DNA of 52,736 nt from Solirubrobacterales bacterium (GTDB lineage: Bacteria; Actinomycetota; Thermoleophilia; Solirubrobacterales; 70-9). Below the pieces are notes generated by a model. The model did not search any database. It saw nothing but the letters and a program-made list of their open reading frames with translations, and had not been told where the DNA came from. The translations under genes and the position numbers were made by a program. The stretch spans positions 1-52,736 of the forward strand of contig DASUZP010000032.1 of assembly GCA_036376775.1 (NCBI GenBank), in the 5' to 3' direction. Below are positions 17,097 to 25,102 of this stretch, one piece after another (within the stretch, counting starts at the first letter, position 1; each line of letters begins with the position of its first letter).

Positions 17097-19412
17097 AGCT
17101 CCGATGCGTTCGCGAGAGCTGCCCTGGGATGGGTGAGGCTTGAGGCGAACCGGGGCCGCGGAGATGGCTTGGACCCTGAGGTCGCTCCAGGTGAGGCCCT
17201 CGCGTACTAGGGCTGGGAGGCCGAGGGCTACGGCGGTGGCGATCTCTACCGCCTGCAAGATGACGCCGTAGGCGAGTGCGTCTGCCGTGCTTATGCCCCA
17301 GCCGGTGTGCAGGACGCTGATCACGGCGAGCTGGAAGACGCCGATGTTGGATGGCGTCGCCGGCACGACCGCGGTCACGTTGACGGCGAAGAGGACCGCG
17401 GCAGCGGCGCCGATGCCGGCATCGCCGAGGCCGAGCGCAGCCAACAGCGCCCAGCAGGCGGCGAGCTGGATAGCCCAGGCGCCGAGCTGTGCGGCGCCGG
17501 CGACGGCGCCATAGCGAGGCTGCCGGAACACCGCCAGGCCCGCCCGCACCTGCAGCAGAGCGCGATGCAGCGCAGCTCCGATCCGGGCAAAGCGGCCATT
17601 GCCGTTGCGCCGCATCAACACCGGGCCGATCAGGACGACGAGCAGCAGGGCGAGCGGCACGAAGCTGAAGACGAACAGCTTCTCGGTGCTGGAGTGAAAG
17701 AGGTCCGTGCTGGAGACGATGATCGTCCCGAGCAGGGCCAGGGCGACGATGTTGAGCACGGTCTGCGAGACCAGCGTCCCCAACAAGACGGGGAAGGTCT
17801 CACGCATGCGGCCGATGCGCCGGGCGAGGGTCATCGCCCGCGCCGGCTCGCCGAGGCGGGCGGGCAGCGTCGCCGACATCAGGACGCCGATCATCGTCGC
17901 CGAGGTGACGTCGCGGCGCCGAACCGGGCGGTTCGGCAGGGCCGCACGCACGATCGCGTACCAGGACGCCGCGCGGAAGAAGAGCGACAGCGCCATCAGC
18001 GCACAGGCGACCAGAACCCAGGTGAAGTCGGAGCGGACGATGCTGGAGATCACCTTGTCGACGCCGATCTTCTGCGCCGCCAGCGCCGTGAGCCCGATGC
18101 CGAGCACGCCGGCAATCCCGAGGCCCAGCCGGCGGGCGACGCGGCGCTTGCGGCTGCCGCTCCGGGCGAGGGGCGGGTCGAGCGAAGGCAGCCGTCGCGG
18201 CGGGCTCAGGCGGCCGCCGTCAGCAGGTCGGATACCGGCCCAGTGGGCGGCGCGTTCGATCGCACTCGACGGCGCCGGCGCCTCGATCGCCCGCTCATAG
18301 ACCTGGCTGACCCGGTCGGCGACGCGCGGCCAGGCGTAGCCCTCGGCGCTCTGCCGCGCCGCCGTGCCCATCGCCGCGAGGCGCTCGGGCTCATGGTGAG
18401 CGCGCTGCAACTCCTCGGCGAGGCGCTGCGGGTCCCCGGGTGGGACGAGGATGCCGTCAAGCCCATCCGTGACGACATCGCTGTAGCCGGCGATGGCGGA
18501 GGCGATCACCGGGGTTCCGGCGGCGAAAGCCTCGGTGAGGACCATGCCGAAGCTCTCACCGGAGAGCGAAGGGGCGCAGAGCAGGTCGGCCTGATGGAGC
18601 GCCGTCCACAAGCTCTCACCCGAGACACGGCCGCGGACATCGATCCAGCGCATCGCCTCGGGATCCGCGAGATAGCGCAGCACGTCCTCGCGCTCGGCGC
18701 CGATCACAGTGAGGCGGCTGGGCACGTGCTCGACCAGCGCTTCAAAGGCGGTCAGCAGGACCGGAAGCCCCTTGCGCTCCTCCGGGCGGCCGACAAACAG
18801 CACCCGCAACTCCCCGCTCGGCGGCTTGGGACCAGACGGGGCGGCGTCGATGTCGACACCGTTCGGCACAACCTCGTAGCGGCCCCCGTACCAGCGGCGA
18901 CCCGTCCAGGCGGCCGCCTCGGAGACGGCGATCCGGGCGGAGAGTCGGTTCAACACTCGCCTGGCACCCAGCGCAGAGGCAATGTGGTTGGAGATCGCCT
19001 TGGTCGAGTAGGCGTGGAAGGTTCCGACCGCGGGCGCGCGCGTCCCAAGTGCCGCATTCCAGCCGACCAGCGGTACCACCGGCTCGTGGATGTGGACCAC
19101 GTCGTAGGCGCCCTGGCGAAGCTCGCGACGGGGAGCGACAACGCCGCCAGCCGGGAAGGGGGCCAGATTGGAGACCGCGCCATTGGCGGAGAACCCCGCC
19201 GTGCGGCCCAGCGGCACCAGATAATCGGGGATCTCGCGGGGCTCCGGGGGCGCACGGTGAAGCGCCCGGCTGAGCCGATCCGGGGGATCGAAGGGAGCGA
19301 GCACACGCACGTGGTGGCCGCGACCGAGAAACTCCTCGGCAAGCGACTCGACGTGCCGGTTCACGCCGCCCTGGTAGCTCCAGGAATATGGCGAGACTAG
19401 GGCGATTCGCAC
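17094..19412 (-). CDS. Fusion of GT4 (PimA-like) glycosyltransferase and UPF0104/lysyl-PG-synthase-type flippase-like TM domain
   Basis: The N-terminus MRIALVSPYSWSYQGGVNRHVESLAEEFLGRGHHVRVLAP and the ...SLSGESFGMVLTEAFAAGTPVIAS E-x7-E region indicate GT4. The C-terminal ~330 aa are multi-pass hydrophobic with the flippase-like pattern. Confidence 0.8.
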   Translation of the reverse strand: MRIALVSPYSWSYQGGVNRHVESLAEEFLGRGHHVRVLAPFDPPDRLSRALHRAPPEPREIPDYLVPLGRTAGFSANGAVSNLAPFPAGGVVAPRRELRQGAYDVVHIHEPVVPLVGWNAALGTRAPAVGTFHAYSTKAISNHIASALGARRVLNRLSARIAVSEAAAWTGRRWYGGRYEVVPNGVDIDAAPSGPKPPSGELRVLFVGRPEERKGLPVLLTAFEALVEHVPSRLTVIGAEREDVLRYLADPEAMRWIDVRGRVSGESLWTALHQADLLCAPSLSGESFGMVLTEAFAAGTPVIASAIAGYSDVVTDGLDGILVPPGDPQRLAEELQRAHHEPERLAAMGTAARQSAEGYAWPRVADRVSQVYERAIEAPAPSSAIERAAHWAGIRPADGGRLSPPRRLPSLDPPLARSGSRKRRVARRLGLGIAGVLGIGLTALAAQKIGVDKVISSIVRSDFTWVLVACALMALSLFFRAASWYAIVRAALPNRPVRRRDVTSATMIGVLMSATLPARLGEPARAMTLARRIGRMRETFPVLLGTLVSQTVLNIVALALLGTIIVSSTDLFHSSTEKLFVFSFVPLALLLVVLIGPVLMRRNGNGRFARIGAALHRALLQVRAGLAVFRQPRYGAVAGAAQLGAWAIQLAACWALLAALGLGDAGIGAAAAVLFAVNVTAVVPATPSNIGVFQLAVISVLHTGWGISTADALAYGVILQAVEIATAVALGLPALVREGLTWSDLRVQAISAAPVRLKPHPSQGSSRERIGA

Positions 19413-19464
19413 GAAGCGTTAAGCCTAAAGGATGCGACGGAGCCGCCTTGGGGCGACAGCGCCC

Positions 19465-19947
19465 CTAGAACAGATGAACGAGAACAGCGGCGACGATTGC
19501 GGCAGCGAGTCCGAAGCCAGCCTGCATCAAGGCGCGGTTCTGGGCGGCAAGCTCGGCCCGCAGGCTCGCGTCCCCCGCTTGCATCTCCGCCCGCAGTTCG
19601 GCGCCCCCTTCTTTCATCTCCTGGCGGAGGGCGGCATTGCCTTCCTGCATCTCTTTCCGCATGGTTGCGGCGCCCGCCTGCATCTCGTCGCGGAGCGCGA
19701 CGGTACCTGCCTCCATCTCCCGCCGCAGCTCGGCATTGCTGTCCTTGAGCTCCCGCCGTAGCTCGGCGTTGCTGCCTTTGAGCTCTCGACGGAGTTCGGC
19801 GTTGCCGGATTTGATCTCCTGGCGAAGCTCCGAGTTGCCTGCTTTGACCTCGGTGCGCAGAGTCGCGATCTCCGTATCCAGGCGATCGAAGCGCTCCTCT
19901 AGGCGATCCTCGGTCCAGCCCTGTCGTGCCATTGCCAATGCCTCCAT
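19465..19947 (-). CDS. Tail-anchored coiled-coil protein made of 11-residue repeats
   Basis: Ten consecutive hendecads follow the pattern E-[LMIV]-[KQEA]-x-[GSQ]-x-x-x-[LM]-[RM]-x, then one C-terminal TM helix (AGFGLAAAIVAAVLVHLF). ATG 19932 is the probable true start, since a GGAGG lies 8 nt upstream of it. Confidence 0.7.
   Translation of the reverse strand: MEALAMARQGWTEDRLEERFDRLDTEIATLRTEVKAGNSELRQEIKSGNAELRRELKGSNAELRRELKDSNAELRREMEAGTVALRDEMQAGAATMRKEMQEGNAALRQEMKEGGAELRAEMQAGDASLRAELAAQNRALMQAGFGLAAAIVAAVLVHLF
19522..19851 (-). repeat. 10 x 33-bp in-frame tandem repeat (coding)
   Basis: The units are EVKAGNSELRQ, EIKSGNAELRR, ELKGSNAELRR, ELKDSNAELRR, EMEAGTVALRD, EMQAGAATMRK, EMQEGNAALRQ, EMKEGGAELRA, EMQAGDASLRA and ELAAQNRALMQ. 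Confidence 0.9.
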
Positions 19948-20036
19948 GTGACCATGCTAGGGAGAAGGGTGTGACGTGTGGGACACGAAAGTGTAACTTA
20001 TTGTCTCAGCAGACGAATGTCTGAGAACTGGCAAAC

Positions 20037-21338
20037 TCAGGCGGGAGATTCGGCCCAGACGAAGCCGGTGAAGGCCAGCAAGTACACGCCGCCGATCTCG
20101 AGCAGGAGAGCGCCGGAGTCGTTGGCGACGGTGCCGACGAGCGTGGCGGCGAGGGCGCCGAGCATGGCGGCACGCATCGCCGGAACGCCGATCAGCCAGG
20201 CGGCGAGGAGATCGCGCCGCAGCCAGGCGATCGCCGCGGCGGCGATTGCGATCGGCAGGCCGACGAGGAGAACCGGTCGGCCAAAGCTGCTGACCATCTC
20301 GCTGAGGCGGTGCCCGACAACGGAGAGGACGTCGCCGCCGCTCTTCGCGTCGAGCACGGTCTTGGTCAGGTGAGCGTCAGCGCCCGTAACCAGGTCGGCG
20401 GCGGAGAGCAGGATCAGTACCGGGATCGGCAGCAGGAAGGCGAGCAGCGCAAGGCGACGGCGTCCGGCGAGCAGCGCCGCGGCGACCGCGGCGCCCAGCG
20501 GCAGGCTGATCGCGGCGCCCACGTCCGCTCCATATCGCCCGTAGGCGAAGACGAAGGTGAAGACCGCAGCGACGACGAGGAACGTGGCGGGCCCCTGCCT
20601 CGACGCCCCCGCGCCTTCCGGTGCGCCTTTCCCACCCCCAACGTGGGAAAGGCGCACCGGAGCGGATAGAGCCGCCCCGGTGCCGACCAAGATCAGGACG
20701 ACCAGGCAGGCCTCGAGCTCGTTGCCGATCCCGTAGAAGCGATGCCCCGCCGCCGGATTGGGGCCGACCAGCGAAAGCTGAGTCAGAGGCGAGCCGGCGA
20801 TCAGGTCGACCGCATAGGCAAGCGACGTTGCTCCGCAGGCGACAGCAAGTGCCCGGTAGCCGCCGAGCGCGGCCAGGGTCAGGGCCGCCAGCGCCGGCGA
20901 GCCGAGCATGACCAACAGTCGTTCGGCGCCAACGCTCGGCTCCAGCGCCGCCCCGGCGAGGCAGAGCAGGGGCAGATAGACCAGCGAAAGCGCCAGTAGC
21001 CGTGCGGCGGCCTTGCCGATTCGACGGCGATCGACCGCCATCGCCAGACCGAACGCGACCAGCCATGCCAGCAGGGTCACGCCGATCACCGGCGCCCGGC
21101 GCCCGGCGACGTCCCAGAGACGTCCACCCGGCGGCGCATCGCGGACCACGGCATGTGGATCGCCGTGGAATCCGGCGCCGGCCAGGTGCAGGGCCAGGAG
21201 GAGCGCGATCGCCGCCGCGACCAGCGCCGCCGGCGCTATCGTGACCCCGATGGCCGACCGCACGTTCGCCAAGTTCACGTTTTTCAAGATCGACCCCGAG
21301 TGGCGCCGCCGCGACGCCGAGCTGCGCGCCGCCGACAA
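20037..21338 (-). CDS. Hypothetical ~12-TM integral membrane protein
   Basis: The ORF is continuous and has about 12 hydrophobic helices in one frame. The start is uncertain: in-frame GTGs near 21278/21263 would reduce the overlap with the divergent hemQ. No family was recognised. Confidence 0.6.
   Translation of the reverse strand: MSAARSSASRRRHSGSILKNVNLANVRSAIGVTIAPAALVAAAIALLLALHLAGAGFHGDPHAVVRDAPPGGRLWDVAGRRAPVIGVTLLAWLVAFGLAMAVDRRRIGKAAARLLALSLVYLPLLCLAGAALEPSVGAERLLVMLGSPALAALTLAALGGYRALAVACGATSLAYAVDLIAGSPLTQLSLVGPNPAAGHRFYGIGNELEACLVVLILVGTGAALSAPVRLSHVGGGKGAPEGAGASRQGPATFLVVAAVFTFVFAYGRYGADVGAAISLPLGAAVAAALLAGRRRLALLAFLLPIPVLILLSAADLVTGADAHLTKTVLDAKSGGDVLSVVGHRLSEMVSSFGRPVLLVGLPIAIAAAAIAWLRRDLLAAWLIGVPAMRAAMLGALAATLVGTVANDSGALLLEIGGVYLLAFTGFVWAESPA
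20617..20661. repeat. H-family 45-nt palindromic hairpin, copy H3 (inside a CDS)
   Basis: TCCGGTGCGCCTTTCCCAC-CCCCAAC-GTGGGAAAGGCGCACCGGA has a perfect 19-bp stem and a 7-nt loop. At exactly 15 codons it is read in frame as part of ...APVRLSHVGGGKGAPE... in the membrane ORF. Confidence 0.85.
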
Positions 21339-21954
21339 GCATGAGTTCCTCGCGGCTTGCGAGGACTTCGCCCTCGACCGCTCTCTGCGCGCCTACTCAA
21401 CCATAGGCACGCGGGGCGACGTAGATCTGGTCCTGCTCAGCCAGAGCCCCAACCTGGACGATCTGCACACCTTCCACGTCGTGCTCGGCCAGAGCGGGCT
21501 GGCGAAGTGGGCGGATACCCCCCACTCCTTCCTCTCGATGACCAAACGCTCCCCCTACAGCGACGAGCAGGCGCGGCCGGAGATCTGCGTCTCCGAGCGC
21601 AAGTACCTCTTCCTCTACCCGATGGTCAAGCAGCGCCGCTGGTACGGGCTGCCGGCGGAGGAACGACAGCGGATCATGAAAAGCCACATCGAAGTCGGCC
21701 GCCGCTACCCGGAGATCGCGATCAACACCTCCTACTCGTTCGGCCTCGACGACCAGGAGTTCGTCGTCGCCTTCGAGGGCGACGACCCGGGGATGTTCCT
21801 CGACCTGGTCAACGAGCTGCGCCCGACCGAGTCGAGCGAGTACACCGAGCGCGAGACGCCGATCTTCACCTGCGTGGCGATGTCGGCGCGCAAGGCGCTC
21901 GACGCGCTCGACGGCACCGCGAGCATCGCCACCGCCGCGCCGGCTGCAGGTTAA
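21250..21954 (+). CDS. hemQ: Chlorite-dismutase-family coproheme decarboxylase
   Basis: MADRTFAKFTFFKIDPEWRR..., YLFLYPMVKQRRWYGLPAEERQRIMKSHIEVGRRYP... and FVVAFEGDDPGMFLDLV match the HemQ/ChdC pattern. Starting at the internal ATG 21250 gives a typical length of 234 aa. Confidence 0.85.
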   Translation: MADRTFAKFTFFKIDPEWRRRDAELRAADKHEFLAACEDFALDRSLRAYSTIGTRGDVDLVLLSQSPNLDDLHTFHVVLGQSGLAKWADTPHSFLSMTKRSPYSDEQARPEICVSERKYLFLYPMVKQRRWYGLPAEERQRIMKSHIEVGRRYPEIAINTSYSFGLDDQEFVVAFEGDDPGMFLDLVNELRPTESSEYTERETPIFTCVAMSARKALDALDGTASIATAAPAAG

Positions 21955-21996
21955 GGACCTTCAGCCGTACCGGGATATGACCGATAATCGGTCCGA

Positions 21997-22539
21997 GTGA
22001 CCGTTGAGACCCTCAGCTACGCGATCGACGACGAGGATCGCCTGATCAGAGTCGACGACGGCTACTACCGCTTCGCCGAGGAGAACGGCTGGGGCGACGC
22101 GGGGGCCAGCCTCGGGCGCTCGCTCTGGGATTTCGTCGCCGGCCACGAGGTGAAGAAGCTGCAGCGACTGCTGCTGCGGCGTGTCCGCGAAGGGGTCCGA
22201 GACGTGGAGCTCCCCTTCCGCTGCGACGGACCGGAGATGACCCGCGAGATGGACATCCGCATCGCCGCCGACAGCACCGGCCGGGTCGTGCTCTTCTCCG
22301 CGCGGCTGCGCTCAGAGGAAGAGCGGGAGGAGCCACAGCCGCTCTTCGATCCAGCTGCGGCGCGCGACGACGACGACTTCCTGCCGATGTGCGCCTGGTG
22401 CGACCGCTTCCTGGTCGAGGGCGAGTGGGTCGAGGTCGAGGAAGCGGCGAAGCGGCTGGAGCTCTTCCGGCGCAGCGAACTGCCGGTGCTGGACCACGGC
22501 ATCTGCCCGACGTGCAGCGGGCAATTGCTCGCCGCGTAG
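21997..22539 (+). CDS. Hypothetical PAS-like protein with C-terminal CxxC...HGICPxC module
   Basis: The C-terminus reads PMCAWCDRFLVEGEWVEVEEAAKRLELFRRSELPVLDHGICPTCSGQL. The start is GTG. A 15-bp palindrome GACCGATAATCGGTC (21979-21993) sits 3 nt upstream. Confidence 0.6.
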   Translation: MTVETLSYAIDDEDRLIRVDDGYYRFAEENGWGDAGASLGRSLWDFVAGHEVKKLQRLLLRRVREGVRDVELPFRCDGPEMTREMDIRIAADSTGRVVLFSARLRSEEEREEPQPLFDPAAARDDDDFLPMCAWCDRFLVEGEWVEVEEAAKRLELFRRSELPVLDHGICPTCSGQLLAA

Positions 22540-22576
22540 GTGGCAGGCGACGCCCGTTCCCTATTCTTCCCGCCTC

Positions 22577-22602
22577 GCGTTAGGCAATTTATGCCCTAAC
22601 GC
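22577..22602. other. Short hairpin GCGTTAGG-N10-CCTAACGC between the PAS-like gene and the fprA-like gene
   Basis: The arms are a perfect 8 bp. The half-site GCGTTAG/CTAACGC is the same as in the hairpin at 47701-47737. Confidence 0.6.
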
Positions 22603-22641
22603 CCAACCCAATACCTGCTAGCTAATACCCGATAGCGAGAA

Positions 22642-24048
22642 ATGACCCAGATCGGAACCGAAGAGAACCCCGTCCGCGTCGCGATCGTCGGCGCCGGCCC
22701 GTCCGGCTTCTACGCCGCCGAGCACATCCTCAAAGATGCCGACACGCACGCCCAGGTCGACCTCTTCGACCGCCTCCCCACCCCCTTCGGCCTGGTTCGC
22801 GGCGGGGTCGCTCCGGATCATCCGAAGATCAAGTCGGTGATCCGCGTCTACGAGAAAACCGCCGCGCGCGAGGGCTTCCGCTTCTTCGGCAACGTCAAGG
22901 TCGGCCACGACGTCGAGGTCGAGGACCTCGAGCGGCTCTACCACGCGATCGTCTTCACGGTCGGCTGCGAGACCGACCGCCGGCTCGGCATCCCCGGCGA
23001 GGAGCTGCCCGGCAGCCACGCCGCCACCTCCTTCGTCGGCTGGTACAACGCCCACCCCGACTACTGCGACGAGGAGTTCGACCTCTCCGGCGAGCGGGCG
23101 GTGGTGATCGGCAACGGCAACGTGGCGATGGACGTCGCCCGGATGCTCGCTCTGACTGACCACGAGCTGCGCCAGACCGACACCGCAGACCATGCGATCG
23201 AGCTGCTCGACCGCAAGCAGATCCGCGAGATCGTCGTGCTGGGGCGCCGCGGGCCGGTGCAGGCCGCCTTCACCAACCCCGAGATCAAGGAGCTCGGCGA
23301 GATGGAGGACGCCGACGTGATCGTCGATCCCGCTGAGGTCGAGCTCGACCCGGCGAGCACCGCCTTCCTCGAGTCCGACGAGGCCGATAAGACGACCCGG
23401 GTCAATGTCGAGACGTTGCGCGAGTTCTCCCAGCGCCGGCCCGAGGGCAAGAAGCAGCGGATCGTGCTGCGCTTCCTCGCCTCGCCGGTCGAGATCAAGG
23501 GCGAGGGCAAGGTCGAATCGATCGTCGTCGGCCGCAACGAACTGGTCGAGGACGGCGGCAGCCTGCGGGCCAAGGACAGCGGCGAGCGCGAAGAGCTCGA
23601 GTGCGGCCTGGTGCTGCGCTCGGTCGGCTACACCGGCATCCCGATCGAGGGCGTCCCCTTCGACGAGAAGCGCGGCCTGATCCTCAACGAGGGCGGTCGC
23701 GTGCTCGACTCGCACGACTCCGGCCACAAGGTCGGCCACTACACCGCGGGCTGGATCAAGCGCGGTCCCTCCGGCGTGATCGGCACCAACAAGAAAGACG
23801 CGCTGGAGACCGTCCAGCACCTGCTTGCCGACGTCGGCTCGCAGACCCTGCTCGACCCGTCAAACCCCGAGCCCTCAGCCGTCGACGACCTGCTCTCGGA
23901 GCGTGGCATCCGCTTCGTCAGCTTCGAGGACTGGCAGGCGATCGACCAGGCAGAGGTCGGCCGCGGCGAGCCCCACGGCCGCCCCCGGGTCAAGTTCGTC
24001 CGGGTCGACGAGATGCTCGAGACGCTGGGCGAGCAGGTCTCTGGCTGA
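22642..24048 (+). CDS. FprA-type NADPH:ferredoxin (adrenodoxin-type) reductase
   Basis: VAIVGAGPSGFYAAEHIL is the FAD GxGxxG motif and AVVIGNGNVAMDVARML is the NADP site. Both the length and WIKRGPSGVIGTNK match the mycobacterial FprA pattern. Confidence 0.85.
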   Translation: MTQIGTEENPVRVAIVGAGPSGFYAAEHILKDADTHAQVDLFDRLPTPFGLVRGGVAPDHPKIKSVIRVYEKTAAREGFRFFGNVKVGHDVEVEDLERLYHAIVFTVGCETDRRLGIPGEELPGSHAATSFVGWYNAHPDYCDEEFDLSGERAVVIGNGNVAMDVARMLALTDHELRQTDTADHAIELLDRKQIREIVVLGRRGPVQAAFTNPEIKELGEMEDADVIVDPAEVELDPASTAFLESDEADKTTRVNVETLREFSQRRPEGKKQRIVLRFLASPVEIKGEGKVESIVVGRNELVEDGGSLRAKDSGEREELECGLVLRSVGYTGIPIEGVPFDEKRGLILNEGGRVLDSHDSGHKVGHYTAGWIKRGPSGVIGTNKKDALETVQHLLADVGSQTLLDPSNPEPSAVDDLLSERGIRFVSFEDWQAIDQAEVGRGEPHGRPRVKFVRVDEMLETLGEQVSG

Positions 24049-24056
24049 GCCCTGCT

Positions 24057-24179
24057 TCAACGGGACATCCGGGTAGGGGTTCCACTTAACTTTTTGGGTG
24101 GATCGCCTTGATGCTGACGCCCGACTGGCGGTGACCAAAAAGTACAAGACGTTTCACCCCTACCCGGATGTCCCGTTGA
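24057..24179 (+). repeat. F2-family structured repeat, copy 3
   Basis: The outer stem is a perfect 23 bp, TCAACGGGACATCCGGGTAGGGG / CCCCTACCCGGATGTCCCGTTGA. The core is about 90% identical to copy 2 by eye. The right arm encodes the last ~6 codons and the TAG stop of the minus-strand hydrolase. Confidence 0.9.
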
Positions 24180-25059
24180 TGAGGACTCGGTTTAGGAAGC
24201 TGGCCTGGTCGGCAGCTACTTGGTTGAAGATTGCGTTGTCGAAGGGGGCGAAGTGGCCGCCTGGGTATTCGCGCAGCTCGCCGCGGGGGGCGCGTTGCGC
24301 GGCTCTTCTGCCGAGCTTGGGCGGGTTGACGTCGTCGTCTTCGAAGACGCAGTAGAGGGACGGGCAGGAAATCCGGTGCACCTTTCTCGAAAGGCTGTAT
24401 GGGGGCGCCAGGGCGACGCGAGCGCAGACCTCGTTGCGCCAGGTCGAGTCCGGCGGGGTGATCGCCGTGAAGCCGGGAACCGCATCGGGGCTGTTGATGA
24501 CCGCGAGGGAGCCTGGCTCCCCGGCCACCGGTATCCGGTACGGAGCGGCTCCGCGCAGCCTTCGGGCCATGTCGCGGCCGCCCGCCACGGTCAGCCTGGC
24601 GACGTGTCCCGGACCGCCGATATGAAGAAGACTGCTCCTCCCGCTGAGCAGGGGCGCAACGCAGATCAACGCCCCGACCTCGACGCCGTCGGCCGCCAGG
24701 GCCTGGATGTGCCCCGTCCCCATCGAGTAGCTCCACATCGCGACCCGGGTGGGGTCGACCTGATCGAGGGTGCCAGCACAGGCGAGGGCACCCCGCCAGT
24801 CCTCGCGCTGACGAGCAGGATCCATCAGCAAGCGAGGCTCGCCAGGACTCTCGCCCCAGTGTCGGTAGTCGAAGGCAAGCGCCGCGAACCCGGCCTCGGC
24901 GAGGTGCTCGGCGAACGCGTCGAGCCCCTGGTCTCGCACGCAGGAAAAGCCCGAGCCCATGGCAACGCAGGGGACGGGCCCGGTCGCGGCTCGCGGCCGG
25001 AACAGCCGGCCGACGCACTCCCCGTCGCCGGCTGCAAAGCGCACCTCCTCCGATCCCAT
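24160..25059 (-). CDS. Alpha/beta-fold hydrolase
   Basis: VAMGSGFSCVRDQGLDAFAEHLAEAGFAALAFDYRHWGES and the nucleophile elbow MWSYSMG. The C-terminal INGTSG and the stop lie in repeat copy 3. Confidence 0.75.
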   Translation of the reverse strand: MGSEEVRFAAGDGECVGRLFRPRAATGPVPCVAMGSGFSCVRDQGLDAFAEHLAEAGFAALAFDYRHWGESPGEPRLLMDPARQREDWRGALACAGTLDQVDPTRVAMWSYSMGTGHIQALAADGVEVGALICVAPLLSGRSSLLHIGGPGHVARLTVAGGRDMARRLRGAAPYRIPVAGEPGSLAVINSPDAVPGFTAITPPDSTWRNEVCARVALAPPYSLSRKVHRISCPSLYCVFEDDDVNPPKLGRRAAQRAPRGELREYPGGHFAPFDNAIFNQVAADQASFLNRVLINGTSG

Positions 25060-25102
25060 GGCGGCGATCCTAGTGTCCCCACACCCATAGAATCGCGACG
25101 CA

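Noticed and set aside
19522-19851. A regular 33-bp periodic repeat that could be mistaken for a CRISPR-like array.
   Set aside because: The units are contiguous with no spacers, lie in frame within an ORF, and are conserved at the amino-acid level more than at the nucleotide level. No cas genes are present.
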